From positions 48,360,001 through 48,424,000 of the forward strand of contig NC_135758.1 of NCBI RefSeq assembly GCF_052425735.1: 64,000 nucleotides of DNA. Direction: 5' to 3'. The notes under the pieces are model-generated. The model saw nothing but the letters and a program-made list of their open reading frames with translations, was not told the DNA's origin and made no database searches. Position numbers and translations under genes: made by a program. The number at the start of each line of letters is the position of its first letter. Position 1 is the stretch's first letter. This DNA is from Oculina patagonica (taxonomy: Eukaryota). Below, piece by piece: positions 1 to 14,199 of this stretch.

Positions 1-168
1 TCTTCACAACTGTTCGTCTTTTGTAAACACATTTGTAAAACATGTTACGACAAAAATACAAGTTTGTCTTATTCTTCGTAAAAGTGATAGTACTGATATG
101 GTCGACATCCACAGTTTTGTGAAATTCGAGTTCGTCAGGGGAAAAACGGAAATTTTGAATAATACTTA

Positions 169-505
169 CCGTAGAATTCCGGTTATAAGCCCTGGGCGTA
201 TACAACTTCGTAAGGGGTTTTGGGTGGGCTTATAAACGGAGGGGCTTATATCCGGGAGGGCTTATAAGCGGAATGAAAAAAACGTTTCGAAAAGAGCCAC
301 GGGAGTTTTGATGGAAATACGTTTTTAAGTTAAAAACGCATAACAAAGCAACATTTAGCCCTGTTCAGTACTGTCATCCGGTAGAGGGGGCTTATATCCG
401 GGGGGCTTATAATCGGATGTATTTTTTTGTTTCCAAGTAGATGGGCCTCTAACCGGGGGGGAGGCTTATAATTGGGGGGGAGGGCTTATAACCGGAATTT
501 TACGG
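169..505. mobile_element. Non-autonomous MITE, Tc1/mariner-pogo type (TA target duplication)
   Basis: 24-bp TIRs CCGTAGAATTCCGGTTATAAGCCC ... GGGCTTATAACCGGAATTTTACGG (1 mismatch), flanked by TA (167-168, 506-507); several internal GGGCTTATA repeats. Confidence 0.85.
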
Positions 506-1039
506 TATTTACCCTAGCCGAAGGCACTTTCGTGATGTAAACGGTGTTATAACAAAAATATTGCACATGACAGCTGAACAAGCAGTATAAGAGACAACAC
601 GGAGCTGTTAGCATCGAAATTAGCATAGCGTCTCTAGGAAGTTAAATTAAAAGCTTTAATTAAGATGTTAGTTTTGTTCAAGATTTTCATTCTAGACTAG
701 AAGTGGTCGCGGTCACGACCTTCTAGATGTTTAATATTTGTCGGTACAATTAAGACGAAAATAAAGAAGGACATTACACAGAAAAATCTGCTTTCCCGTA
801 CATGGCAAAAGAAACTGCTTGAAGAGTTCTTTACACTTAAAAGGATGACATTCAGACATTTCCGGTAGGTTTAGACCTTACCTAAATCAATTTTAAGAAG
901 AAAACGGCCCGGTGAAAAAGAAGAATGACAGAAATTGAAGAAAGGGAGAGGAAATTTGACAATTGCCATAGAAACAAACAAAATGTATACAAAATTGCAA
1001 ATTTTAACACAGATGGTTTTGTTGAAGCCCTTCCTCTCT

Positions 1040-1460
1040 TGTCCTGCGCCATGTCGTTTTTGGTCTCCCTCTCTTTCGTTTTCCTCTCTAGTAACCAATG
1101 CACTGTGCTTCCAGTGATGCCGGATGCATCTTTCCTCAATATTTAAGTGCCCAAACCACCTCCAACGCCGCTGCATGTGGATTGTTACCATGTCGTCCTG
1201 TTTAATCTGCTGTATAAGATCCTTATTTGAGATGGTCCTAAGCCAGCTGTGTGGAAGCTGGATAACTCGTTGAGGTCTTGCTTAACCATCGTCCAGTACT
1301 AGTAGCCACGAGAGTACTGTTGACAGTACTCAGCTCCTTTTTGGTTTCTGTGCTGTACATACTCGACTTCAAGACCAGCTTCAGCCTCGTGAAGGTTGTT
1401 TCTGCTTTGGTGAGCCTATTACTGATGTCATTGCAGGCATGCTTGCACCTCCATTGTAGC
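1040..1460 (-). mobile_element. Degraded RTE-clade LINE, C-terminal part of the RT ORF
   Basis: Minus-strand translations 'RLTKAETTFTRLKLVLKSSMYSTETK' and 'QRRWRWFGHL' resemble RTE ORF C-termini; frameshifted. Confidence 0.7.
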
Positions 1461-1599
1461 AGAGTACGGTAATGCTCCAGTGAACTATTAGGAAGCAACA
1501 GAAGAAGAGAAAACAGAAAACCAATTAGGAGACGAATGAAAATGCACCAGAGCTCTGAAATGGCATCTTAGTGGCAGTTATAAAGACAGATGCTGTACA

Positions 1600-2960
1600 A
1601 GAAGGAACGAAAAGAGGACCATCTCACTGGAAGGATGGTCAACTAATTAAAATCTCCAGGAAGGGAAACTAAGAGAACTTTAAAAACTACAAAGGGATTG
1701 TCATGTTATTAGTCCCAGGTTAAATCCTCAGCAGAATCATTTATCCTACAAGGGCTCATTGATGCTCTTGAAGAGGAAGTCTTGAGGTACCAATAAAATG
1801 GACTCAGGAAGGGCTGGTGTTGTACTGACCACATCGCCACCCGCGGGAATATAGCTACAAAGCAGACATCTTGTAAAGGCGTTCGTCTACGAATCACTCT
1901 ACAAGTTTGTCCACCGCTACAGATAACAGGAGACATAGCTATCCATTATTTGGATGTCTTACTACAATTCTCATTGTTTCATCCCTTACTTGCATCTTAT
2001 CACTGACCTATTTCTTGTGGTCGTAGAGTGGATCATGGAGACTACATTCAAAGGCTCTAGGGCAGGACTCAAATGGACCCTTCTCTCCAAGCAACATGAT
2101 CTACATGGACTTCACAGATGATATAGCCTTCCATCCCACACTCACCAACATGCACAGGAGAAAGTTCAGTCGCTCGCTACAACCTTAAGATTGTCACACA
2201 AAGATAGAATGAAGCCTTCGGTAATGCAAATCGATCGAATTAACAACAGGAAGGAAGAGCCAATCAAATTAGAAGATGAGACCATAGAGAACACGACGTC
2301 CTTTGCCGGCTATCTGGGAAGTGTGAGAACTGTTGATGGAGCAACAATGCACGATGTGATGACGAGGATTGGCAAAGCAATGACACTTCTTCTTGTTCTT
2401 ATAGCTGCGTGGAGATCAAAAGAAAAAGTGCTAAGAAGACTTCATTTAGCAGTTGAATGGTGTGGAAACGTTATAAATTACAAAAGAACACAAGGATCAT
2501 GTCCAGGCCTTTGTTACCAATCGCACGCGCTACATCGTTGAGGTCAGATGGCCAAACATCGTCAGACGAAGATCTCTGTACGACACCACACCAAAAGAAT
2601 TTGATAATCCCAATCGGAAGGAAGAAATGAAAATGATAGCCCACAAACAGTTCAGGCCTGGACACCACACGCAAGCTACGAGCGAAGCGAACCTCCAAGG
2701 AAACCTTTTTCCGCATCCGCCTTAGCCTTCTCGCTCGCTCACGCGTGAAGCGCCAAAACGTGAGCTATAAAGCCACAAAGCTCCGCAAGGAAAGAGACAG
2801 CGAGGGAGGCCTTAAAGCAACTGGAGGATGTCAACAAGGCTGCAGCTGAAACAAATAGACAGGGTCTCGATGGAGTGATGTGGAACGCAAACCCCAAGAT
2901 GAAGACGGGTGGAGAAGCACTATAGACGCCCACTACTCCACAGCTAACGAAGGGGGTAGT
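1600..2960 (+). mobile_element. Degraded RTE-clade LINE reverse transcriptase
   Basis: Broken RT motifs KNYKGI..LVPG, GLRKGWCCTDHIAT, FLVVVEWIM..GLKWTL, DFTDDIA, YLGSV..DG..DVMTRIGKA and KRQRGRP; many stops and frameshifts. Confidence 0.8.
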
Positions 2961-4518
2961 AGAACGGAAAGTTAAAACAGATAAAGTAACTTAATATGAT
3001 TGGACCACGAGGATTTATGATAGCGATAATCCATACGGTGACCGTGGGCAGAACCTTTAAAAATAAACGCGAGTAAAGTAAGGACATCGTAGCTTTGTTC
3101 TATACACACAAGTATTATACACGGCGGCGAGAATGCAAATTATTCAAGCATAATGATTCTGTAGTCTTCTGCCAACGTAACCCAAAAAGTTTAGGTAAAC
3201 TCAGCCGGACCAAGAATCCAACTTTTGTTTCAACATTAACACTCCTGAGCTGTAGCATGAAGCAATACAAAACAATATTTAAATAAATTTATTATAAACT
3301 TTGTTTTTAGTATGACTAGGTTGACTTAAATCAGGACAAATCAATATTTAATATGTTCTGTTGGACGATCTTTATGCTAACGCCATTTAGTAGAATTTAG
3401 AAATTCGTCAAAAACACTGATATACCATAACTAGCACGAGCATGGAAATTTATTTACATTGTCAAGTTTAAAAGAAAAATTGTTTAAAATCTGCTCAAAA
3501 CGATGCTAACCAGAAGTTATAACAATTATTACAGGTATTAGATGGCTGGGTGGCAACTCTCGCTACCCAGCAATATAAAACGTCTGTAGGTGTGCTGTAT
3601 CTCGTTAAATATATATAAAGTCTTCTTATCGTATTTGCTATAGTGACTATATGGTACAGACGCTGTTGTTCACACTAAATTTAATTTTTAATAAATTTAT
3701 GTTAATCAGATCAAGCAGCACTAACGAGATTAAAGAACATGATTTTATCTTCTGGTGGTATGGCCACCATCTCGGTTCTGGTGCTGACGGGAGATATCTC
3801 TTTATTATTTTTCCATCGGTTTTTGACCAAAGGCATCTTTCGTACAAAAAATGTGGAGCCGTTTTGCCAGATGTACTGAGGTAAACTGAAAAACAGGTTT
3901 GACAAAGAGGAGTGCTATTGCCTGATACGATATATCGCTATCCTACAGCAATAGACTTACTGATTGTTCATTCTTCTAGTCTTCAGTTTATACACATATG
4001 TCGTTTCTTCCCTGTGTAAGGCAGTTAAAGTATTTAGCAAAGTGATGCTATGTTTTAGAATAGCTTTCTATGGAAAATTTTTTGCTCCAAAAATCAATGT
4101 TGTTGGAAGAGAAACCTAAGTGACTATACAAGCTACTGCCCTTGTTAGCTTTTGGTTGGAGTACCTTTTTATGAACCGTCAATTTTTATTTGTTTTAAGA
4201 TTTTTTTACCACTAATTCTCTCCAATTTTTTTTGCAAATTTTCACTTGACATGAAACCTGACAAAACAACTTACTGTAATTACTCTTAATTTGAGATAAG
4301 TGTTCTATGTTTAGTAGTAGCTAGACAGGTGGAGTATAGCCAACTTAATCCTGATTTTCTCATTATGGTTAATTTGTTTTTTTGTCTGTTATAGAAACGT
4401 ACTTACTTACACCGTGGTATGTTAATTTAATTACAATGAAGTGATCTTTTTAATCTCTTCCATATACTCGGCGGGCAAAGACAGTTGGGCAGGGCCGTGA
4501 GCTAAGCTGTTTGCACTG

Positions 4519-4549
4519 TGACGTCATTTGACTACAACTCCCAGAATCC
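4519..4549 (+). promoter_or_regulatory. CRE palindrome next to a ZNF143/Staf-like motif
   Basis: TGACGTCA (4519-4526) then ACTACAACTCCCAGAATCC (4531-4549), matching the ACTACAnnTCCCAnAATGC consensus. May be carried by a repeat. Confidence 0.4.
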
Positions 4550-7366
4550 TCCAGTTTGAAATTTTTCTGTTGCTAATTGCGGCAACTATCTAACTGGAAT
4601 AAAAAAAACTACAATAAGGAAAACCGACGTGTTTCTGATAGCTGAACAAACCAATGGCCTTTAAAATAACATCAGTTTTTCTTTTTATAAATGTAAAATC
4701 GTTCACGAGGCGTGCCAGTGATTAAAAACGTTGCCTGCATACACATTTAAGTTTCGTTTGCACCCGAGCTGACACTCAAGCATAGTTCTCTCTCACTTAA
4801 TAAAAGAAATCGTATGCATTGTGGATAGCTTTCATCTTGCCTTGATGCCGTCTCAAAAGTTTTATGTTACGCAAACAAAGAGGCTAACATTTCGCTTGCA
4901 TAAGAGAGCCACCTCTTTGTCTTACAGATCAAAGAGCCTTCTTCAGTTAAGACGAACTGTTAACCGCAAACGTTGTTAAGAAGCATACCAATCTGGCGGG
5001 TATGCAATGGAACTCACAACTGGTTTCATTGGATCCAATGGTAGGCACAATTGAACAATTTATGGCATGCGTGTTATAGTACACCTTTTGCTCTAAGACA
5101 ACGAACAACTATTCCAATAAATCGCCGAACTGCTTGCCGAGAATCAACGGATGTTTTGGAGGGATTTGTTTTCTCTCTTTTCTCTTATAAGCTCTTGAGC
5201 CTTTTTTTAACCTTCCTGCTCAAAAGATTCTGACAAAAAGGATACAAATAGGGTATTTGCCAGCGTTCTTCAAGTATTGACTAACTGTTCAAGACATTCG
5301 AATGTCAATATATAAATTTATGTACACTGTATCTCGCTTCTTTCGTTCTCTGAGCCCTGCATAAATGTGCCCACTTTACACTGCCTCGTGTAAATCATCA
5401 CTGTCGCTTTTCCAGAGAGGTAAACTGTTGCATCTACACACAATTATCATATCTATTCTTGAAGTAATGCTTGACCTTGCTTTTCGCTATAAAGTACTCT
5501 GTACCACAGTTTGTCGTGGATGTATTTCTTCACTATTTCAAAAAGCGCTTGTTGTGGTACCAGAGAATCTTATACGCTATATTTTCTAAATTAAATAAAA
5601 CAATAGGTCTTCTAGGCTGTATAAATGGCTGTATTCTATGATTATAGCCTGGATGTGTATGTGTTGCACAGCAAGATTGTCAGCACTCTATTTTGGTTTG
5701 GGCCACGTTGTCTTCGATGCACGTTAAGTTAGCCAGGGTGAAGCTGGGCTATTCACCGAATAAAACTTTCTGATTCCGAAAAAACTTGCGTGTTCATGAC
5801 TATCTGAAATTTGGGAACAACTTAGGCTTAAAGAAAATGTTCATCAGTGCGTAAATTGCGTCAATCCTATCAAAACGTATAATATGGGGGATTTCCAAAC
5901 GCAATTACAACATGTTATGAAATGTGGATGATTGCTTTCATTGCAGTACTGCTTATCAAACTTTGTTACTGTGCGCATTCACTTAGCAGTGACAGTATAT
6001 TATATTTTTTGCTTGAATGTCTGAAGCTGCATTTCAAACTTAAAGCAACCCAGCTCAGTTCCCTTTGCTGCACAGACTCATGCCAGTTTCACTGTTCCAG
6101 CTATGTACGATGATAAAAGTTGTTTTTCCCCGATCGGAATATCTATTAAATTAATTCTTCATTAGAAATAAGTCTAAAGTCTGCTTTTCTCCTGTCTCTT
6201 TATAATTAAACGGGATACTGCCATTATGCGTGCATGCACGAGCCACTGTTTAACAATCACTCAAGCCCTTCATCTTGTCTTCTGGTGTTAATTGAAGCAC
6301 TGTCCTTCTGTCCCAATGTTTGCCACGACTGCATGCATACCACGAAAACAAAAAGGTATAATTCAACAAGAAAAAGAAAGCAATACGAAAAAGAGTAACC
6401 CGTTTAGAAATGTTAATCATATTCATCAGATTGTATAATTTTAAACATATCTTTAAAATAGTGATTGAAAATACAAACTGAAAATAAAAGCAAATTTATT
6501 ATTTGGTAGAATATAATTACATGATCATAAAAAATTAGGTCCTAATTTCTTTTTCGACAAATTAATAGACCGACCAAAAAAATTAGGTCATTATGAATAC
6601 AAACAAATAAATTTTTACAAACAAATAGATGTGTGATATATTTGGCTACGACTGTTTTCCTGTAATAAATTAATAAGGAAAAATCAATAAGGCAGACTTT
6701 ACTAGAAAATGTATAAGTACAAGTAACACTAAACACTGGCACGTAGATGGTGTTTATCCTAAAACGAGACTATTGCTGTTGGAATTTAATAAATCACTTC
6801 AAAAACAATGAAGTTGTCTACAGCGTCTGTACCTTGTTTACCGCTACCTCGGTACTATCTGAAAACGGGTAAACTATATAATGCTTTGTCCTCTTATTCG
6901 GTAAATTAACGTTGAATATCTACAAATAAATGTTTCCTTTTGCTTTATAGTCGAAGTATGTCTTAAAATTCATGATTTCCGCCCAAACCCACGAAAAGGC
7001 GTTGTGGTCACCACTCCGTCAACAACTTGAAGTCCCTCATCCTTTTCCATGGTGAGTGGGAATTTACTTCGCACGTTAGAACGTCACGTTTTTGCCCAAA
7101 TCCAATTTAAGCTTTTGGCAAGTACAGTTTGTTTATATTTTACGTATTACTCAGCAATTTTAAAGTACTGGAATGTACGAGAGTGCGATGACCATGCATG
7201 TACACTCGCACGCCCAACTTAACGGCACGAAATGCCTTCCTTCATAATGTCTCCCGAAATTATTTACTCATTCGCGGGTAAACTTCAGCGTTATTTTTTC
7301 TATATATCGTTGCCAAAACTTTAAGTTTTAACCACTAAAGCAATATTTACAGGTTAATAACTGTTT

Positions 7367-8106
<740 letters not shown>

Positions 8107-8185
8107 CGACTTGTGTTGTTCACTGAGAGAAGAATGTTAATGACAATAACCTCCCCAGGAGAGTAATAAAATCAACAACCATTCG

Positions 8186-8335
8186 TAGCTGCTAAATATT
8201 GTGATACCAACATCCGGACACTATTAATCTCTTTGACAGCCAATTAGGAACGTCTGATAACCTACGCATGTTTCCACTTAAAGAGACAAAGAGCCGGTAA
8301 ATGTTTAGAGCTAACTGTAAACAGAGAGATATAAG
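8186..8335 (-). promoter_or_regulatory. Conserved proximal promoter module of homeobox gene 1
   Basis: 57-nt core 8191-8247 matches the gene 5 promoter at 52/57 and the gene 2 promoter at 51/57 positions, ungapped (counted by eye). Confidence 0.85.
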
Positions 8336-8564
8336 CGATCAATTTGACGGATAGCTAATTATATCATCAAATATTTGACTGGGCAAATATGAGATAATGC
8401 ATACAGCGGTCTCCGGTTTTTTGAACACCTGACTTCCGACTGTTTTTTGTTGGAAATCTTTTCTCGTTACTAACTGCAAACGCAGTTGATTTTTTTCGTC
8501 CTTCACAAGGAGTAAGTGCGTTAATTAACGAAGTGTCTCTTAAAACATTAAAGGTTGGAAAGAT

Positions 8565-8660
8565 TGCGTGAGGACCTAAACAAATGTTATTAAAGGTCTT
8601 TTGAGATTTGGTATTAGTTCAACAAATGTCAAGCTTATTAAAGCCGACAATTGCCTAATT
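8565..8660 (-). promoter_or_regulatory. Conserved distal element ~510 bp upstream of gene 1
   Basis: AGTTCAACAAATGTCAAGC (8616-8634) is the exact reverse complement of 36501-36519 upstream of gene 5; flanking TTGCGTGA and GACAATTG are also shared. Confidence 0.7.
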
Positions 8661-11600
8661 ATCGTATTTCCTGTACTACTGTAGCTATGTTTCAGACAAA
8701 GCAAAGAAAAAATAGTACAAAATTCTTGAAATGCTGGAATGACTATATTCTACACAAAGAAAATCATAGCTTGTTAGATTGCAATATTCAACCTTAACAG
8801 AGGGCATCTCTATCCACTTGACAAGAAGAGTTTTATTAGAATTCAAACCTTTTAGATGATGAGTGATTTGAGTTTACAGTGTGAAAATTCCCCCACGAAG
8901 AGTTAATTTACAGATGGACTTATAATGATTAAATATCCAAATTAACTTGCACACGCAGTCCGAGCTTTACATTTTTGCGGTTTTTCAAGATCAAGCACGT
9001 TTTGGTGCCTTGCAATTTTATGTCAAATTTAATTTTTTTTCCTTGGGGATTTTTCGCTGAAAGCATGAAAAATATCAGCAACACTGTTCTCAAATGACGT
9101 TAATTGTGAACAACTGAGCCTTGATATAATCCACAGACTAATACGATGCTGAACAATAACAATAACACATACTTGTGTAAAATAAATCAGCACACATAAT
9201 GATGGGTTTATATGGTTCAGTAGAAAAACACCCGTGACCTTCAGTGAAAGCAGTTTGTTGTGCGTAACAATCTTGTGCCAAACAACGTTTCTAAAACGAA
9301 CTAAACTGATCAACGAATAAAATTCTTTTCGCGTGCAGTTGCGACATCACAGAAACAGTATTAACTTTCTAACTGAAGTAATCTATCCTAAGAGTAATCC
9401 TAACTTCCTGATCATTTAGTTTTTATTGGATCAGGCGCTTCCATGCTCAAGGCCAGCATATTCGTATATACTACTGATCTCCAAATTAATTGTCTGCTCC
9501 GTTCATTGGTTTCTCGCCGGCGCGAGTTCACGGGCATGCTTCAGCCAGTCACATCTCCTTAAGAAATGTCGGTAAGCAGGGGTCGTTTTGATAATCTTGT
9601 TGTAACCAGTTAGTCATATCTCTAATCCAGGCATTTGTTTACAAACGTTTACTGCCCTGAAGTAAGTGGTTTTGCTGATCCGCAATTTAGCTAATTAAAG
9701 CCGTACGCCACGCATTGGGGAACGATGGGCATCAGGCTGCCCAAATCCGGCTTTGCAGTTTTAAGGATTTCTTGGCAGAGCCGAGCTCTTGGGTCGTGAG
9801 CTATATCGTGTCCTTTATACGCGGCAGTAAAGCCGTCCTTTAAGTGGAGCCACGTTTGCATCCCGTTTTCGGAAAAGCAAAGGCTAAAAATTGTCACGAG
9901 TGAACTTGTTATTGGTCACTTGTCGAATTCGATTCCATGGCAGCTGGTAAAGCACAGGAGCCGGATGCTCGATTCAGCCTTAGCTGGCTCGAACATGCGA
10001 AGGATGTATGTTAATTCAAACAACTGCACTTAACATGTCCGAATTAACCTATACTGGTAAAAGTTTTTCTCTTTATGTTTTGAACAGCTTATGTCGCACA
10101 TGCCCTTGACTATCTGTGAGTAAAGGATCCCGAAAAGACTGAGAAAAACTGCTTTCATGCTAGTTTGGAAAAATTGATATAATTTTAGGCCTCCGTAAAC
10201 TCCCCGAATTCCCCCCCCCCCCCCCCCCACCTACCCACCCTAAACCCCTAATACGTCTGCTACGCAGGATTGAGATTTATCACACGACTGAAAAAGACTG
10301 TTATAGATATATGCAGAAAGTGGAAAGGATAAAAAGAACTAGTTTCTGACCAAGGATCCGCCCGGCGTTTCGGTTGGAAAAGAACTCCCTAACGTTGTTT
10401 TACAAATCAACAAAAAGTGTAAGAAGGTTTTCAACCAAATGAAGTGCACGAATACGCGCAGGATCATTCGAAACAATACCCAGTCAGTATTGGACCGGTA
10501 ATGGAGCAATCTGATTGGTGGATTTTTGTGATTGGCGCTTTGCCGGCTACCTCAGTCGTGTAATAAATCATGATATAAGACTGCCTTTTCTCTTCAGCTG
10601 TCGCCTTCAGTGAAGAATTCTTCTAGACACTAGGAAAAGTGCACGATTTCTTAGGACATCCGCTCTTCCTGCACTTATCTGGAAAAATCCAGATTATATT
10701 AAATACTGATTTTACAAAAGACGGCAGCATTTGTAAGACATGTCTCAAAGACATCCGGATCCGTCATCAGTTCCTAACACTGTTCTTTATGAGATTCTTA
10801 AAAGATTAATTTAAAATGAGAGCTGCCCGTTTTTATTATAAGAAAACCCGTGGAAATGAATTAAGATTTAAAATTTGTCATCTGCTCAATATTGCCTGCA
10901 GCAGCGAAGGAGAGCAGGCAGGCGGTGCCTTTAAGTTCTCGAGATTTCCATTTCGACCAAACTATACCTGCATATTATGATTTTACACCTGCTGTGGTTC
11001 TTTATACAGGCTTAATCAATTTTCCTGCCGTCAGTAATCTCCCAAAAATGTGAAATCAAAAAAGGAATAGCGAGCAATAAGCCGAAAATGAGTCAGCAAG
11101 GAAACAGATCATTCGAGTAATGCGGATTTGTTGGTTCTTAAAAGTGCTCATAAAAATTATTATTTTATTTTTTTGCTAAAAGAATCATATGCATATACTT
11201 TTCACAGATCGAGTTTCTCGAGTAATGACAAAAATTAATATTCAGTTATTCGATTTATCGGTTTCTTATACATACTAAATAAATGAACTATATATAGAAA
11301 CCATCTGTCTTATCACGAAATTGCGGCAAATTGTCAAGTCGATCAGTTAAAAACCGAATGGCTTAAGATATTGGGGATAGGTATTAACACTCACACTTTT
11401 TAATAATAAAACATCTTGATTATTTTAACTTCTCTGCCAAGTGCACTAAATTGAAAAAGTTCCCAGAAAATCATTCGGACCTTTGTTATGCAAATGACTG
11501 CGACAAAAGGTGCCACAAATTGAACTTGTGTTTTGCATAATAATTCTGGAGGATAAGTTAGTTGTCTGAATGAAAAGAAAGAAAGAAAGATCAATTTAAG

Positions 11601-11745
11601 TGCTCCGCGTTCACTGAGCGTTTTACCTGTTGAACAAGTTGCATTTGCTGGTTTCTTTTATATTCAACTTCTGTTGGAAGCCAAAAGCGAGTATCATACA
11701 CAGCCCACTGAAGTCTTATCATCTGCTTGGCCAAAACGTTGAAAT

Positions 11746-12645
11746 ATGGAAACTGAAAGAGTGGATATTGTTCTTCTGCCTTTTTACATTCTTATTGTTG
11801 TAGCTGGAATTTTGGGAAATTCTTTATTTATTACCGTGGTAAGAAAACATCGTTCCATGTATACAACTACTAACTTTCTTCTGGCAAACGTAGCTGTGTC
11901 TGACATCATTTCTCTGGTGTTTTGTCTGCCGGGCATGGTTCTCCGTTTCTTTGAACACCCAAGCGGAAGTCTTGGTAGCTTTCTCTGCAAGTTTGTGACC
12001 ATGCATCTTGTTGCTGGCATCGCTTTGTTGGTCTCGGGTCTGACACTTACGCTTATTTCAGTTGAAAGGTACAATGCTTTGTTGCGACCAATGGATTTGC
12101 ATTTGACACTGGAAAAGCGACGTGTTGTCATTGCCATTTGCGTCATTTGGGGATTTTCCATCGCATTTGTTCTGCCTTTGTTTATTGAACAGAAATATGT
12201 GGACGAGGTCAAGGATTGTCACATAGATTGGAAGGACAGCGCCTCGCGAGTGTACTGGGCATTTTTAGCAACAACATTTAGCACTTCTCTTTCGATCATG
12301 ATTTTCTGCTATTTTCAAATTGTAAAAGCTCTTTATTTCGGAAACATACTAGCACCTAACGAAAACAACTCCGAGCAGGACATTAAAGACAAACAAAAAA
12401 TCATAACAATTTTATTAATAGTTACAGTCTTATTTTTCGTCTGCTTTGTTCCATTCATAATCGTCTCAGCAGTTAATATTTCAACCCAAAGCATATTGTA
12501 CAAATTGTCATATTTTCTTGTTTACACCAGCTGTTGTGTAAATCCAGTTGTCTACATATTTCAAAGTGCAAAGTATAGAGCTGGTTTAAAAGATCTGTGG
12601 AAAGGAAGACCCGCTCACCGTCGGGAAAGGTCGTTGGAGTCGTAA
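11746..12645 (+). CDS. Intronless rhodopsin-like (class A) GPCR, peptide-receptor-like, 299 aa
   Basis: Seven hydrophobic segments; GN (TM1), LANVAVSD (TM2), LCK/ERY (TM3), W..S....LP (TM4), ECL2 Cys, CFVPF (TM6), NPVVY (TM7). Confidence 0.92.
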   Translation: METERVDIVLLPFYILIVVAGILGNSLFITVVRKHRSMYTTTNFLLANVAVSDIISLVFCLPGMVLRFFEHPSGSLGSFLCKFVTMHLVAGIALLVSGLTLTLISVERYNALLRPMDLHLTLEKRRVVIAICVIWGFSIAFVLPLFIEQKYVDEVKDCHIDWKDSASRVYWAFLATTFSTSLSIMIFCYFQIVKALYFGNILAPNENNSEQDIKDKQKIITILLIVTVLFFVCFVPFIIVSAVNISTQSILYKLSYFLVYTSCCVNPVVYIFQSAKYRAGLKDLWKGRPAHRRERSLES

Positions 12646-14199
12646 AATTATACGGCGACAAAACTCCGTTTGGTCGCTTTTCGCAATACAGGATTACACC
12701 CGATAAAAATTACTATAACGACTTTGATGCCGTTTGTTTATAATAAGATTATTCGTAGCCTATATCTGTGACTATGCCAACGGGACAGCTTAGTGACACT
12801 TAAGCCGAAGAAAAGTGTATTTTGGTGGTTTATATGGATATGATCTTGTTAACTTTTGTTGAATTTAGATAATATAAATGAACGCCATTGGCACAAAAAA
12901 AAAATAATATTGGACTATTTGCGTTTAGAATACGAGGCGTCAAGCCTTACATATCTAGAACAATAAAAGATAATTAAAATTCACTGCATAAGAAATTATT
13001 GCCTCATTGACGAGTCAATATGTGTTGATCTACCCAGAGAAAATAGATGTAATGCAAGATAAATAAAAATATATGACAATATCGAAAATGTTTCTTTGTT
13101 ATCATTGAATGTGGAAGGCTAGTGTCGTCCATTGAAACGCTTATGTTTGAGTGACACTCATTCAAACTGCGTTAATCATTTTTTTGCGTTCGTTTGCTTA
13201 GCTTTACAGGCTGATAATAAACAGACCAAATTGAATCTGCTCAGTATATAAGATAAAATGATGGCCATGTGACTAAATGGGTGGATCTCTTGATGAGGTC
13301 TAACCACGTTTTGACAGTCTCTTCCTCAAAATGACAAAATGTTGTTTATACGAAAACAGATAAAAAACGCAGAATGGTTACGAATTATCGAATAAACATT
13401 TTAAATTATGCGAAGTCTCAAACTTGCTGAGAAGATTAAAAGTTTTCTTTAGAACATTGTGAGACTGTGGGATTCCGAAATGCCACCTGTCGTAGTCTTC
13501 ATTTACACTTCTTTACTCCGAGTTATCATGTTCTGTTCATAAAATTCCTCACTGTGTCATGAATACTTTGAATTGCTGACTGACTTAAAATTTCTTTAAT
13601 TTAAGAATTCCTTGCCGAGTTTCAGACACTTTAAGGTGCGCACTGCTTGGAGAGCAAGGTTTTTTGCGAAAACGCTAGCCTTTGGAACTTTATCACTCGC
13701 AGATTTGACAGATTTAGGGCAAAATCGAACGATTTCTAATCGAAGGGTAAATATCACACAGATAGCGCTCCCACATTTTTTTTTTAAAGGACAGGTTTTT
13801 AATTTCTAGAACTTTCCTTTAAGACCAAGATTTGATATGTTAAAATTGGCACTAAACACTTATTTCTGGAGCTCTCATCCTTGATTTACATCCTTAGCTC
13901 TATGACGCCGCCGTGATCTGATTTGGTGCCTAAATTCATAATCATGGCTCATGAACATTTTCTTCATTTTCTAGCCAAGGGTAACTGAAGAGCTTACTCA
14001 AAATGTGTTAATTTGAGGTGTGGGCGGTGTTATCAAGACCAGCAAAATGTAATAATCGCGAACCATTTACTCTTGTATACGATGGCAAATAGTATTTTAA
14101 AAACTGATTGCTAGTGAATGGGCATTATTAAACAACTCCTATAAATTATTTCTCATTTTTAGCTTAGAGAAAGGAAATAAAACGAGACGAGGTAAAGAA

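Noticed and set aside
1040-2960. Twin-priming inversion of a single LINE
   Set aside because: Both oppositely oriented pieces contain the same C-terminal region, so they are two separate insertions.
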